DNA of 63,660 nucleotides, filler included, from Myxococcota bacterium (lineage in GTDB: Bacteria; Myxococcota; Myxococcia; Myxococcales; Myxococcaceae), in the NCBI GenBank assembly GCA_049322255.1. It is 3 parts of 3 records of this genome, joined end to end, with 100 filler letters (N's around TTAATTAATTAA, not from the genome) between each part and the next. Parts side by side here need not be neighbours in the genome. Positions count along the whole stretch, not along the records: positions 21,981 to 43,806 come from JBMORE010000072.1; positions 43,907 to 63,660 come from JBMORE010000078.1; 1 more part is not named here. The stretch is one strand, 5' to 3'. Each line of letters starts with the position of its first letter. Position 1 is the stretch's first letter. Shown here one piece after another: positions 39,257 to 50,313 of this stretch. The translations under genes and the position numbers were made by a program. A model generated the notes under the pieces. It was given only the letters and a program-made list of their open reading frames with translations, was not told the origin of the DNA and did no database searches.

Positions 39257-40837
39257 ATGCCGCTTCCGGTGCTCCCATTCCGTTCGCCGCCGCCGAAGGT
39301 CGTGCTCACCAAGGGCTTCGGCACCGACACCTACGACAACGCGGTGGCCACGGCGCGCACTTGCTACAACAGCCGCATCATCACCGCCGAGGACGTGCGC
39401 AAGGACGAGAAGGCGCGTGCGCTGCGCGACCGCATCGCCCAGGAGACGTACGCGGCGGGGCACCACACCACTCTTCAGCACGCGACGTTTCAGTTCACCC
39501 TCGAGCACGTCTCGCGGCAGGCCATCTGGTCTTTCCTCCACAGCCACCCCTTCTACAACTCGGAGCAGGTGAGCCAGCGCTACGTGGAGGTGAAGCCGGG
39601 CAACGTCGTCTTGCCCGCGCTGGCGGAGCCGCAGGAGCGCATCTACCGGGCCGCGGTGGAAGAGGCGATGGCGGCTTACCAGGCGCTCATCGAGCTGCTC
39701 ACCCCCAAAGTGAACGAGGAGTTTTTCCGCATCTTCCCGGCGCGTCGCCGCTCGCCGGAGAAGTGGGCGCTGGGCATCAAGAAGCGCGCCCAGGAGGTGG
39801 CGCGCTACGTCTTGCCCATCGGCACCTTCGCGCACCTGTACCACACCATCTCCGGGGTGACGCTGCACCGCTACCACCGGCTGTGTCAGCAGCTCGACGT
39901 GCCCACCGAGGTCTTGCTCCTGGTGAAGGCGATGGTGGCGGAGGTGAGCCGGGTCGACCCGCTCTTCTTTCAGCACATCGAGGACCCGCTCCCCTTGGAG
40001 CAGACGCTGGAGCACCGCGCACTCGCCCAGCTCGGCCGGCTGTCGGCGGGCGGCTCGAAGGCCTACCTCGCCGAATTCGACGGCGCTCTGGGCCCGTACT
40101 GTTCGAAGCTGGTCGACTACAAGGTGAACGCCGAAAGCTCGGTGGCCCAAGGGGTGCGCGATGTCTTGGGGGCGGCGCGTGCCGAGCTCTCCGACGAGGC
40201 GGCGCTGGAGAAGGTGCTCTCGCCTAAAGAGAATCCATACCTCGGCGAGGCGCTGGTGCTCACCACGGTGAGTAAGCTCACCCGCGCGCTTTCTCATGCG
40301 CACTACACCTTCCAGAAGAAGCTCTCTCACACCGCCGACAGCCAGGACCAGCGCCACCGAATGACGCCGGGCAGTCGGCCGGTGTTGCACGCGCACTATC
40401 TGCCCGGGGTGGTGGACGTCATCGTGCCCGAGCTGGTCGAGGCGGTGCCGGCGGCGCGCGAGCGCTTCATGCTCGCGATGGAGCGGGCGTGGAAGAGCAT
40501 CGAGGCCCTGCTCGACGGCGGGGTCGAGCCACAGATGGCGCTGTACCTTTTGCCCAACGCCTTCCCCATTCGCTTCCTCGAGTCGGGAGACTTGCTCCAC
40601 CTGCACCACAAGTGGGTGCACCGGCTGTGTTACACGGCGCAGGAGGAGATTTGGCGCGCCTCCTTGGAGGAGACGCTCCAGGTGCGCAAGGCGCACCCGG
40701 CGCTGGGCCGGCACATCCAGCCCCCGTGCACGCTGCGCAAAGAGGCAGGCATCACCCCGTTTTGCCCGGAAGGGCCGCGCTTTTGCGGGGTGCCCGTGTG
40801 GAAGATGGACCTGCCCGAGTTTCGCCGGCTCATCTAA
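39257..40837 (+). CDS. thyX: FAD-dependent thymidylate synthase with two tandem ThyX domains
   Basis: GHHTTLQH...VSR...SQRYV...ARYVLP (domain 1); SQDQRHR...YLLPNA...RLCYTAQEEI (domain 2). Confidence 0.88.
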   Translation: MPLPVLPFRSPPPKVVLTKGFGTDTYDNAVATARTCYNSRIITAEDVRKDEKARALRDRIAQETYAAGHHTTLQHATFQFTLEHVSRQAIWSFLHSHPFYNSEQVSQRYVEVKPGNVVLPALAEPQERIYRAAVEEAMAAYQALIELLTPKVNEEFFRIFPARRRSPEKWALGIKKRAQEVARYVLPIGTFAHLYHTISGVTLHRYHRLCQQLDVPTEVLLLVKAMVAEVSRVDPLFFQHIEDPLPLEQTLEHRALAQLGRLSAGGSKAYLAEFDGALGPYCSKLVDYKVNAESSVAQGVRDVLGAARAELSDEAALEKVLSPKENPYLGEALVLTTVSKLTRALSHAHYTFQKKLSHTADSQDQRHRMTPGSRPVLHAHYLPGVVDVIVPELVEAVPAARERFMLAMERAWKSIEALLDGGVEPQMALYLLPNAFPIRFLESGDLLHLHHKWVHRLCYTAQEEIWRASLEETLQVRKAHPALGRHIQPPCTLRKEAGITPFCPEGPRFCGVPVWKMDLPEFRRLI

Positions 40838-40899
40838 AGCGGGGCGTTTCCCTTGCTCCGCGCGGCGCGTCCCGTTACAAGCGCACGCTTTTGGGCAAC

Positions 40900-40913
40900 T
40901 TGACCTACGTCAA
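40900..40913. promoter_or_regulatory. FNR/CRP-family-like palindrome
   Basis: Perfect TTGAC-CTAC-GTCAA, 18 nt upstream of ATG 40932. Confidence 0.55.
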
Positions 40914-40931
40914 TTTGATGAGGGGATTTCC

Positions 40932-41717
40932 ATGGATCCAGTCGTCAGCGAGTGGCTGAACAACATCTTGAGGTGGCTGCACGTGGTCGCCGGCATCATG
41001 TGGATCGGCCACCTCTATTTCTTCAACTTCGTCAACGCGCAGCTGGTGAAGACCTACGACGCCGACTCGAAGAAGAAAGTCGTGCCCGAGCTGATGCCAC
41101 GGGCGCTCTACTGGTTCCGCTGGGGAGCGGCCTACACCTGGCTCACCGGCTTTCTGCTCTTGGGCATCGTCTATTACATGGGCGGCATCCTGGTGGCCGA
41201 GGGCAGCACGATGTCCAACGGCGCGGTCACCGGCGTCGCCATCGGCGTTCTCGTCGTCGCGTTCTTCGTCTACGACGTCTTGTGGAAGTCGCCCCTGGGC
41301 AAAAACGAGATGGCGGGTGCGGCGGTCTCCTTCGTGCTCTCCGTCGCCCTGGCGTTCGCGATGTCGCGAATGATGAGCGGGCGCGCGATGTTCATTCACG
41401 TTGGCGCCGTCTTCGGCACCCTCATGGCGATGAACGTGTGGATGCGCATCTGGCCCGCGCAGCGGAAAATCATCGGTGGCATCAAGGGCACCGGCCCTGC
41501 CCCCGACGCCGCAGTGCCGGCGCTCGCCGGCTTGCGCTCCAAGCACAACACGTACATGTCGGTGCCGCTGGTGTTTTTCATGGTGAGCAATCACTTCCCC
41601 AGCGTGTACGGCCACGAGCTCGCCTGGGTGTGGGCGGCGGCGTTCGTCGCGGCCGGCTGGGGGCTGTGCAAGTTCTTCTACGTGAAGTCGGCCCAGGCGG
41701 CGCCCGCTTCATTCTAG
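40932..41717 (+). CDS. PuuD/urate oxidase N-terminal-like membrane protein
   Basis: RWLHVVAGIMWIG, WFRWGAAYTWLTG, GTLMAMNVW.RIWPAQRK, RSKHNTYMSVP...MVSNHFP; no CxxCH. Confidence 0.85.
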   Translation: MDPVVSEWLNNILRWLHVVAGIMWIGHLYFFNFVNAQLVKTYDADSKKKVVPELMPRALYWFRWGAAYTWLTGFLLLGIVYYMGGILVAEGSTMSNGAVTGVAIGVLVVAFFVYDVLWKSPLGKNEMAGAAVSFVLSVALAFAMSRMMSGRAMFIHVGAVFGTLMAMNVWMRIWPAQRKIIGGIKGTGPAPDAAVPALAGLRSKHNTYMSVPLVFFMVSNHFPSVYGHELAWVWAAAFVAAGWGLCKFFYVKSAQAAPASF

Positions 41718-41724
41718 GAAGGTG

Positions 41725-42132
41725 ATGAACCTCGGCCGCCGCGCCAGCTTTTTTCTTCCCCTCTCCCTCATCGGGTGCAGCGAGGGGAAGACGCCGCAGG
41801 CGACGGCCGAGGCTTTCATCGACCGGTACTACATCGAGCGAAACCACTCGCGGGCGCTCGAACTGGCGGCCGATGGAGCGGCGGTGCGGGTGCGAGAGGA
41901 GAAGAAGCTGGTGGAGGGCAACCCAGCAGGCGCGTACGCCGGCGTGCAGCCTCAGGTGCGTTACCAACTGGTCAAGGAGACGCCCAAGGGAGAGGACGCC
42001 GAGCTTCTCTATGCGTTGTCCATCGATTCGTCAGGGGTCAAGCTTCACAAGGAGCTGCGCCTGTGGGTGAAGAAGACCGGCGGTGTCTACAAGGTCGTCT
42101 TCTTCGACGAGCGGGATGTTTCCGCGAAGTGA
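41725..42132 (+). CDS. Hypothetical lipoprotein
   Basis: Lipobox LIGC; operon position. Confidence 0.7.
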   Translation: MNLGRRASFFLPLSLIGCSEGKTPQATAEAFIDRYYIERNHSRALELAADGAAVRVREEKKLVEGNPAGAYAGVQPQVRYQLVKETPKGEDAELLYALSIDSSGVKLHKELRLWVKKTGGVYKVVFFDERDVSAK

Positions 42133-42139
42133 AGCGGTG

Positions 42140-42700
42140 ATGACGCGCATCTACACCAAGACCGGCGACGAGGGTGAGACCGGGCTCTTCGGCGGGGGCC
42201 GGGTGGGGAAGGACGACCCACGGGTCGACGCCTACGGTGAGGTCGACGAGCTCAACGCGGTGCTCGGGTGGGCGCGCGCCGAAGGCCTGGGCCAGATGGA
42301 TGCGCTCGCCCAGTCGCTGCAAGACCAGCTGTTCGCGGTGGGAGCGGTGCTCGCCACGCGCATAGACAGCAAGGCGCAGAGCGCGGTTCCTCCCGTGCGG
42401 CCCGAGTGGATTGCGGAGATGGAGGGTGCCATCGACGCCTTCGACCTCGAGCTCACCCCGCTGCGGAACTTCATCTTGCCCGGGGGCAGCAAGGCGGCCT
42501 GCGCGCTGCACGTCGCCCGCACGGTATGTCGGCGGGCCGAGCGCCGGGTCGTTTCCTTGGCGCGCACAGGACAGGTGCCGATGGAAGTGGTGGTCTACTT
42601 GAATCGCTTGTCGGACCTGCTCTTCACCATGGCCCGCATCGCCAACCACCGCGCGGGCGTTTCGGATGTGCCGTGGTATCCCCGGGGAACGAAGGCGTAG
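42140..42700 (+). CDS. ATP:cob(I)alamin adenosyltransferase, PduO type
   Basis: RIYTKTGDEGET, YGEVDELN, RTVCRRAER, YLNRLSDLLF. Confidence 0.95.
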   Translation: MTRIYTKTGDEGETGLFGGGRVGKDDPRVDAYGEVDELNAVLGWARAEGLGQMDALAQSLQDQLFAVGAVLATRIDSKAQSAVPPVRPEWIAEMEGAIDAFDLELTPLRNFILPGGSKAACALHVARTVCRRAERRVVSLARTGQVPMEVVVYLNRLSDLLFTMARIANHRAGVSDVPWYPRGTKA

Positions 42701-43695
42701 TGCTCTCCTCGCAGCGGGTGGCGGCGCTGGCCAAAGAGTCGGCGTTCGACTTGTGCGGATTTGCCCGCGCCGAGCCCATTCCTCCGGCAGCGCTCCTCGA
42801 GTGGCTGGAGGCAGGAATGGACGCCGACATGGATTGGATGGGAGCGCGCGCCGCCGATCGGCTCGACGTGGGGCGGCTTTTGCCCAATGCCCGCACGGTG
42901 GTGGCGCTTGCCTGCAACTACTACCAAGGAGAGCTCGCCTCGCCGATCGCCCGCTACGCCCGAGGCCGCGACTACCACGCCACTTTGCGAGACCGCCTGC
43001 GAGCGTTTCGCCGCCGTCTGCATGCCGCGTACCCGGAGGTGGAGACCTACGGCTCGGTGGACAGCGGGCCTTTGATGGAGAAGGTGTGGGCCGCCCGCGC
43101 GGGAATCGGCTACGTGGGCAAGAACGGCTGCCTCATCACCGAGGCCTTCGGCTCCTACGTGGTCTTGGCGGCGCTGGTGCTCGATGCCCCGGTCGACTCC
43201 TATGCCGACGGCTCCCTGCCGGACCGCTGCGGCTCGTGCAGTCTGTGTCTGAGCTCCTGCCCGACGGAGGCGTTGGCCGGTGAAGGCAGAGTCGATTCCC
43301 GCCGGTGCCTCTCCTACCAGACGATTGAAAACGATGGAGCGGTCCCTCTGACGCTACGTGAGGCGTTGGCCGACGTGGTCTTCGGCTGCGACATTTGCCA
43401 GGAGGTGTGCCCGCTCAACGCACGTCCGGTCATCGGTGGCGAGCGCTTTGCGCCGCGGGCCGTGGCCTCGCTGTCGGTTCGAGAGCTCGCTGCGCTCACT
43501 CGGGCCCAATACGACGCGTTGGTGCCGGGGACTGCACTGGCGAGGGCGAAATACGACGGCCTGCGCCGGAACGCCGCCTACGCGCTGGGGGCTGCCAGGG
43601 AGCGTGACGCCAAACACGTACTCGAATCGCTCCTTGGCGACGCGAGCGAGCCGGTGCGCGAGGCGGCGGCGTGGGCCCTCACTCGATTGGCTTGA
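42700..43695 (+). CDS. queG: tRNA epoxyqueuosine(34) reductase
   Basis: ARYARGRDYH, VDSGPLMEK, CGSCSLCLSSCP, FGCDICQEVCP, RRNAAYALG. Confidence 0.93.
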   Translation: MLSSQRVAALAKESAFDLCGFARAEPIPPAALLEWLEAGMDADMDWMGARAADRLDVGRLLPNARTVVALACNYYQGELASPIARYARGRDYHATLRDRLRAFRRRLHAAYPEVETYGSVDSGPLMEKVWAARAGIGYVGKNGCLITEAFGSYVVLAALVLDAPVDSYADGSLPDRCGSCSLCLSSCPTEALAGEGRVDSRRCLSYQTIENDGAVPLTLREALADVVFGCDICQEVCPLNARPVIGGERFAPRAVASLSVRELAALTRAQYDALVPGTALARAKYDGLRRNAAYALGAARERDAKHVLESLLGDASEPVREAAAWALTRLA

Positions 43696-43806
43696 CGGCT
43701 GCGGGCGCGGGCAGCGAAGTAGCCACGGTGTCCTCCGCTGCGCCGTTGAGAGAGCTCGTGCGTCTGTTCTTGCGCCTGGGGGCGACTGCCTTCGGAGGTC
43801 CCGCCG
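43692..43806 (+). CDS. chrA: Chromate transporter, N-terminal fragment cut by the contig end
   Basis: LRELVRLFLRLGATAFGGPA signature; TTGA overlap with queG. Confidence 0.8.
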
Positions 43807-43906
43807 NNNNNNNNNNNNNNNNNNNNNNNNNNNNNNNNNNNNNNNNNNNNTTAATTAATTAANNNNNNNNNNNNNNNNNNNNNNNNNNNNNNNNNNNNNN
43901 NNNNNN
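43807..43906. other. Artificial contig linker
   Basis: N44-TTAATTAATTAA-N44. Confidence 0.98.
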
Positions 43907-44625
43907 TGGCGTACGTACAGCGCTCCTAGGTGGAACCCGCGTGCGCTCTCGTTTTGCAGCTTCACGTGCCGCACGTGCGCCCCTTCGCCCACGGCCACCT
44001 CGGTCACTGCGTTGGTGAGGTAGGCCCCTTCTCCTTCGTAGACCTCCACCACCGTCGCCTGGCTGTTCTCTTCGGCGATGACCAGGTTGCGTGGGTGCGC
44101 CGCCGTCGGGCGTTCAAAGGCGGTGGAGAGGTAGACGAAGTGAACGGGCCGCTCGACCACCGTGCCCTTGGCCAGATGAAGCACCGCCCCGTCCTCGAAG
44201 AGTGCGGCATTGAGCGCACAGAACGGCCGCTCGAAGCCGGCTACCTGCGACAGGTGCCGCCCCACCAGCCCTTGCGGAGCGGTGGAGAGCGCCCTCACCG
44301 TCGCTCCCACCGGGAGCGTTTCCACCGAGGAGAGGTGCGGAGCGAACCACCCGTCGACGAACACCAACCGCGCCCCCAAAGACGCCGGGGCAACCCGCTC
44401 GACCTTGGGCACACCGACGTCGGCGAAGCGGCCCATGTCCGGCACGGCGAAAGCCACCTCGGCGATCGGGCCCAGACTGGTGTACTTCCACTCCTCGTCC
44501 TTGGTGGTGGGGAAGCCCGCGGCCTCGAAACGAGCGAAGGCTTCTTGGCGCAGCGCAGAGAACCATCCGGCGCGGTCGTTTCGCGCCTGTAAGGCTTCAC
44601 CGAAGCTGTGCCGCGCCGCGCTCAT
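43907..44625 (-). CDS. sufD: Fe-S cluster assembly protein SufD (3' end truncated by the contig end)
   Basis: GFPTTKDEEWKYT, ALNAALFEDG, HPRNLVI; follows sufC. Confidence 0.93.
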
Positions 44626-44628
44626 GCC

Positions 44629-45390
44629 CTAAGCCCTTGCCGCGCTCTTCTCCAGCCAGCCGTAGCCCTTTTGTTCCAGCTCCAAGGCCAGCGCGCGGTC
44701 TCCCGACTTGACGATGCGGCCGCCGGCGAACACGTGCACGTGGTCGGGCACGATGTAGTCCAGGAGCCGCTGGTAGTGAGTGATGACCAGCATCGAGCGC
44801 GAAGGTCCTCGCAGGGCGTTCACCCCGCTGGCGACCACCCGCAAGGCGTCGATGTCCAGCCCGGAGTCGGTCTCGTCGAGGATGGCGAGCGTTGGGTCGA
44901 GTACCGCCATCTGAAAAATCTCGTTGCGCTTCTTTTCGCCTCCGGAGAACCCCTCGTTCACCGAGCGGCCCGCCAGCGCCTGGTCCAGCTCCACCAGCCG
45001 CATTTTTTCCTTGGCCAGCGCGAGAAAGTCGATCGCGTCCAGCTCCTCTTCGCCGCGCGATTTGCGCATCGCATTGAGGGCGGTGCGCAAGAAGTAGAGA
45101 TTGCCCACGCCCGGAATCTCCACCGGGTACTGGAAGCCCAAGAAAATTCCCGCCACCGCGCGCTCCTCCGGCGGCAGGGCGAGCAAGTCTTTGCCCTGGT
45201 AGCGCACTTCGCCTTGGGTGACTTCGAACGTGTCCCGCCCTGCGAGCACCTGGGCCAAGGTGCTCTTGCCCGAGCCGTTGGGACCCATGAGGGCGTGCAC
45301 CTCGCCTTCGTTCACCACCAGGTCGACGCCCTTCAGAATCTCCTTGCCCTCCACCTTCGCGTGGAGGTTTCTGATCTCCAACATCGCCAT
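44629..45390 (-). CDS. sufC: Fe-S cluster assembly ATPase SufC
   Basis: GPNGSGKS, FQYPVEIPGV, NEGFSGGEKKRNE, DETDSGLD. Confidence 0.97.
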   Translation of the reverse strand: MAMLEIRNLHAKVEGKEILKGVDLVVNEGEVHALMGPNGSGKSTLAQVLAGRDTFEVTQGEVRYQGKDLLALPPEERAVAGIFLGFQYPVEIPGVGNLYFLRTALNAMRKSRGEEELDAIDFLALAKEKMRLVELDQALAGRSVNEGFSGGEKKRNEIFQMAVLDPTLAILDETDSGLDIDALRVVASGVNALRGPSRSMLVITHYQRLLDYIVPDHVHVFAGGRIVKSGDRALALELEQKGYGWLEKSAARA

Positions 45391-45393
45391 CGC

Positions 45394-46832
<1,439 letters not shown>

Positions 46833-46836
<4 letters not shown>

Positions 46837-47255
46837 GAAAGTCCTCGCGGGCGCACCAAGTCGCCCAGCCGGGTCTGCTCGAGCGCCTTTTGCACCACAT
46901 GGTCGATGGACATCCACACCGGGCGCAGCGCGCAATCGAGCTCGTGCACACAGGTGCGCTTGTTGCCCGCGTGCTTCCTGCAGAACTCGTACGTCGAAAA
47001 GCTCCCCCCCAGCGCGGTCATCACCCGTCCCAGCGTCACCTGGTCTGCACTCACCGCCAGCTCGTAGCCACCATGCTTGCCCCGCGTACTGGTGACCAAC
47101 CCCGCGCGGCGCAAGACCCGCATCAGCTTCGCCACGTACGCCGGGGTCAGTGCCTCGCGCTCGGCGATGCCCTTGATGGTCAAGAACCCCTCGGGCGAGC
47201 GGGCGATCTGGAGCAGGCAGCGAAGCCCGTATTCTTCTTGCGCGGTGAACCTCAT
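46833..47255 (-). CDS. Rrf2/IscR-family transcriptional regulator
   Basis: [16 protein letters not shown], three Cys (C-X10-C-X5-C); ATGA overlap with sufB. Confidence 0.92.
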
Positions 47256-47285
47256 ACCTTCCTCGCTCGTGTGGCGGGCAGTCCC

Positions 47286-47316
47286 TATGAAAACTGTACT
47301 TGAAAGTCAACTTATT
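47286..47316 (-). promoter_or_regulatory. Putative suf promoter / Rrf2 operator
   Basis: Minus strand ATAAGTTGACTTTCAAGTACAGTTTTCATA: TTGACT -35-like hexamer in an AT-rich IscR-type-like site. Confidence 0.5.
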
Positions 47317-47401
47317 CGAGCCGCCGGCCCGTTGCCAAAGTCAAGAGGGCGGTAGGCTGCTCCCCATGCACGTGAAAGTGAACCAGCGCCGTGCGGTTCC
47401 T

Positions 47402-48097
47402 ATGTTGGGGCGAAACGGCGCCGGGTTTTTCCTTTCGGTGGCGCTGGTCATTCAAGGCTGTCGATCGATTGAGGCAAACGCCGGCCCTGACGGTGCGGAA
47501 GCGGGTGGGGCCAATGGAGACGCAGGCCCGCCGACCGATGCGGGCACCGATGCTTTGCCCTGCGTCGCGGATGCGGAGCCACACACCCAGCACTGGTGCT
47601 CGCCCCAATCCGCCATCACCCAGGCCAGGACGATCATCGACCTGTCCGGCAACGTCACCGCCCGGTGCGATTCCTGGACGGGCCAAGCTGACTCGTTTGT
47701 CCTACCCGCAGATCCCCAGAGCTATCCACTCCTCGTCCACGTCTCAGCCGAGAACTTCGCCGGGCCTTGCTCGGCCTGCCCCAATCCCTCCGCGACCCAA
47801 TTCGGGATAGCGCTCACGGTCCCGGATTCAGCGCTGTTTGGACCCAATGGGCGATCGGCTCGGTTGGCAGTGCGGGTTTCCGCTCCCTGGTTCGTCGTTT
47901 CCGGTGGAACCGGCGAGCCGGCTGCCTGGCCTTGCAGCGATGGGTATCAGGAGTATGGCCTTCAGGCCTGCGTGCAGAGTTATTTCAGCGGATTTGGCCT
48001 GGTGACGAAGCAAGCCCATCCTCCGCCCGCCGACGCATGGGTGCAACTGGAGCCCGGCGGCGATGTCACGACCTGCTGCCCTTACCGGTGCCCCTAA
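47402..48097 (+). CDS. Cys-rich hypothetical lipoprotein
   Basis: Hydrophobic segment + IQGC; DAG repeats; about 11 Cys; weaker GC3 bias than neighbours. Confidence 0.7.
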   Translation: MLGRNGAGFFLSVALVIQGCRSIEANAGPDGAEAGGANGDAGPPTDAGTDALPCVADAEPHTQHWCSPQSAITQARTIIDLSGNVTARCDSWTGQADSFVLPADPQSYPLLVHVSAENFAGPCSACPNPSATQFGIALTVPDSALFGPNGRSARLAVRVSAPWFVVSGGTGEPAAWPCSDGYQEYGLQACVQSYFSGFGLVTKQAHPPPADAWVQLEPGGDVTTCCPYRCP

Positions 48098-48143
48098 TCT
48101 CCAGCCTGCTCGAACGGGCAGTTCACCCGGAAACCCAAGCCCG

Positions 48144-50183
48144 TTATCCGACGAGCTGAACGGGTTCACCCGCTTCCGGGCGGCGCAGCGCGGCGAGGAC
48201 CTCGGTGGAAAGCTTGGCGCGCAGCTTGGCGACCATCTCCGGGCTGCCCGCGTAGTGGTGGTGCTCATCGTCGAGCAACTGCTGAATGACATCGCGATCG
48301 ACGTTGGGAAGGTTGTAGCGCGCAAGGAAGGCAACCCACAGCTCGTCGTCGCGAAAGCCCTCGTCGATGTCCAGCGACTGGGCAAACCCGATGAGCCCGT
48401 TGAGCTTGGCGTCCACCGCTTCCATTTGCAGCTGCCAGCTGGAGATGAGGTAGCGGCCGAACTCGTAGACCACCGTGGCGCGCAGCGCCTCTTCGCTCAT
48501 GTGCGAATAGCGCGCGTTCACCTCCAGGCGGTACTCGGTCTTCCCGTCGGGGCCTGTGGCTTGGGTGAAGCGAACCAGCTCCTTCTCACCCAGCTTGGGC
48601 TCGAACCAGCCTCCTGCCACCACCTTCGAATCCTTGTTCACCAAGTCGAGAATCGAGCTGAATTCGGACACCGCGTTGAGAATCTGCGCCGCCACGTTCA
48701 CCTTGGTGCCGTCGAGAATGCTGGCGTGCCGCGCCTGCTTCACCGGCTTCATCTCGCGCTGGGTGTCCGTGGGCACGGAGAAGGTGCTGAAGTTGAAGTG
48801 CTTGTCCAGGTAGTCGGCCTGGCCGTCGCTGTCGCGATCGAGCACGCGCTCGCGCACCAGGGTGGAGATGGGGGTGAGGAAGTTGTTCCGGCCCGAATAT
48901 CCGTCGGTGTCGTTGAACATCCGGGTCAGCTTCTCCCAGTCGTCCCGCCGGGCAATTCCCGCGCAGAGCGAGTCAATCTCGGTGTCCCGGTAGGCCGACC
49001 CGAAGGTCGTCACCACCTGGAGGTTGGGGTACTTCTTCTTCAGCTGATCGAGCACTCCCTTGCCCACGCACAAGTCGTAGATGAAGAGCTGGCCGTCTCC
49101 GCCGCCGGAGGTGTCGGGCCCCCTCTCGATCGACGAGGTCATGTTCCGACCCCAGTTGGAGTGACCGTCGTAGCCCATGATGTGCACGCCCTTCTTCCCC
49201 GTGCCCGCGAGCAGGTCGCTTCCCCCTTCTTGGACGCTGATGCGAAAGACCGTCTCCCCTACTCCCGGCTCGTTGAACTTCTTTTCGAAGGTGGTGACGC
49301 CAGAGCGGCTCTCCGGCCCCACCGGCTGAAAGCCACCCATCTCCAGCCTCGCCATGAAGCGCTCGTGGAACTCGTCTCCCACCTTCCAGTGAAGGTTGAT
49401 GGTCTTGTTCCCGTCGGCGAACCACTTCTCGTAGGGCGGAGTCATCGGCGCCAGCTCGCGCATCCACGTCGAGGCGAGCTCCTTGGCCGGGCCCGCCTTG
49501 GCCACCTTCGAGTTGGCGAAGTGGAAGATGAGGTTCTCCCGCAGACGCACGTCGGTTTCCGCCAACACCAGGCTGCGGAAGGCGTCGAGCATCGGCGCGG
49601 AAAGCTCGGGCTCGGCAGTGGCCTCCATCAGATGTAGGAGCACCGTCGCCGACGACGCACGCAGCTGCAGCGCCTGGTTGGCATCCAGCCTCGCCGGGCG
49701 GGTGCCACCCGCGGGCACCTTGGCCAACGTTCCCTGAAGCGTTTGGAAAACCGCCGCCCGGGTGTCTTTGGACACGCCGACGTCGGCGAAGACATTGCCC
49801 GCAGAGTCGTCCACCAATTCGCCTGCGCGGAAGAGCGCCTCGCCCAGCTCGACGTCGTTCCTGGGCGGAGCACCCTCGGCGGAGAGCGAAAAGACACCCG
49901 TGCTGGAAAGAAAGACCGGGCGGTGCGCGTCGGAGGGATCGAGCGCAACGGTACCGCCAGGCGGGGACGCCGGAGCCGACCGCTCGATGATTGCCCGAAT
50001 GGTATCGAGCGCCGCAGGGTCGAACAGGTCGCGGTGTTGGGTGAGAATTCGCCGCAGCTGTGCCTTCTCGTACCCGCTCACCACCCCGTTCTTCTGGGCA
50101 TGGGCGACGAGGGCCTGAGCCTCCTCGCGGGTGATGCGGCCGTCAGCGGCTGCCTGGCTTCCCTTGCGTATGATTGAGGGCAT
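48144..50183 (-). CDS. Large hypothetical protein with putative clan-CD (caspase/CHAT-like) peptidase domain
   Basis: 679-aa ORF with good codon bias; IMGYDGHS and LFIYDLC motifs; DRDSDGQAD Ca-loop-like motif. Confidence 0.7.
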   Translation of the reverse strand: MPSIIRKGSQAAADGRITREEAQALVAHAQKNGVVSGYEKAQLRRILTQHRDLFDPAALDTIRAIIERSAPASPPGGTVALDPSDAHRPVFLSSTGVFSLSAEGAPPRNDVELGEALFRAGELVDDSAGNVFADVGVSKDTRAAVFQTLQGTLAKVPAGGTRPARLDANQALQLRASSATVLLHLMEATAEPELSAPMLDAFRSLVLAETDVRLRENLIFHFANSKVAKAGPAKELASTWMRELAPMTPPYEKWFADGNKTINLHWKVGDEFHERFMARLEMGGFQPVGPESRSGVTTFEKKFNEPGVGETVFRISVQEGGSDLLAGTGKKGVHIMGYDGHSNWGRNMTSSIERGPDTSGGGDGQLFIYDLCVGKGVLDQLKKKYPNLQVVTTFGSAYRDTEIDSLCAGIARRDDWEKLTRMFNDTDGYSGRNNFLTPISTLVRERVLDRDSDGQADYLDKHFNFSTFSVPTDTQREMKPVKQARHASILDGTKVNVAAQILNAVSEFSSILDLVNKDSKVVAGGWFEPKLGEKELVRFTQATGPDGKTEYRLEVNARYSHMSEEALRATVVYEFGRYLISSWQLQMEAVDAKLNGLIGFAQSLDIDEGFRDDELWVAFLARYNLPNVDRDVIQQLLDDEHHHYAGSPEMVAKLRAKLSTEVLAALRRPEAGEPVQLVG

Positions 50184-50313
50184 ATGGGCGCCAGACTACC
50201 CTCGTTTTCATGGGTAGTCGTCGTGCTTTCGTGCCCCCTGCCCCTTGCCCTCGTGGCGGCACATCTGCGAGCCAGTCTACATGGGCTGAATGGCCGCGCC
50301 ACCGGAGCAAGTG

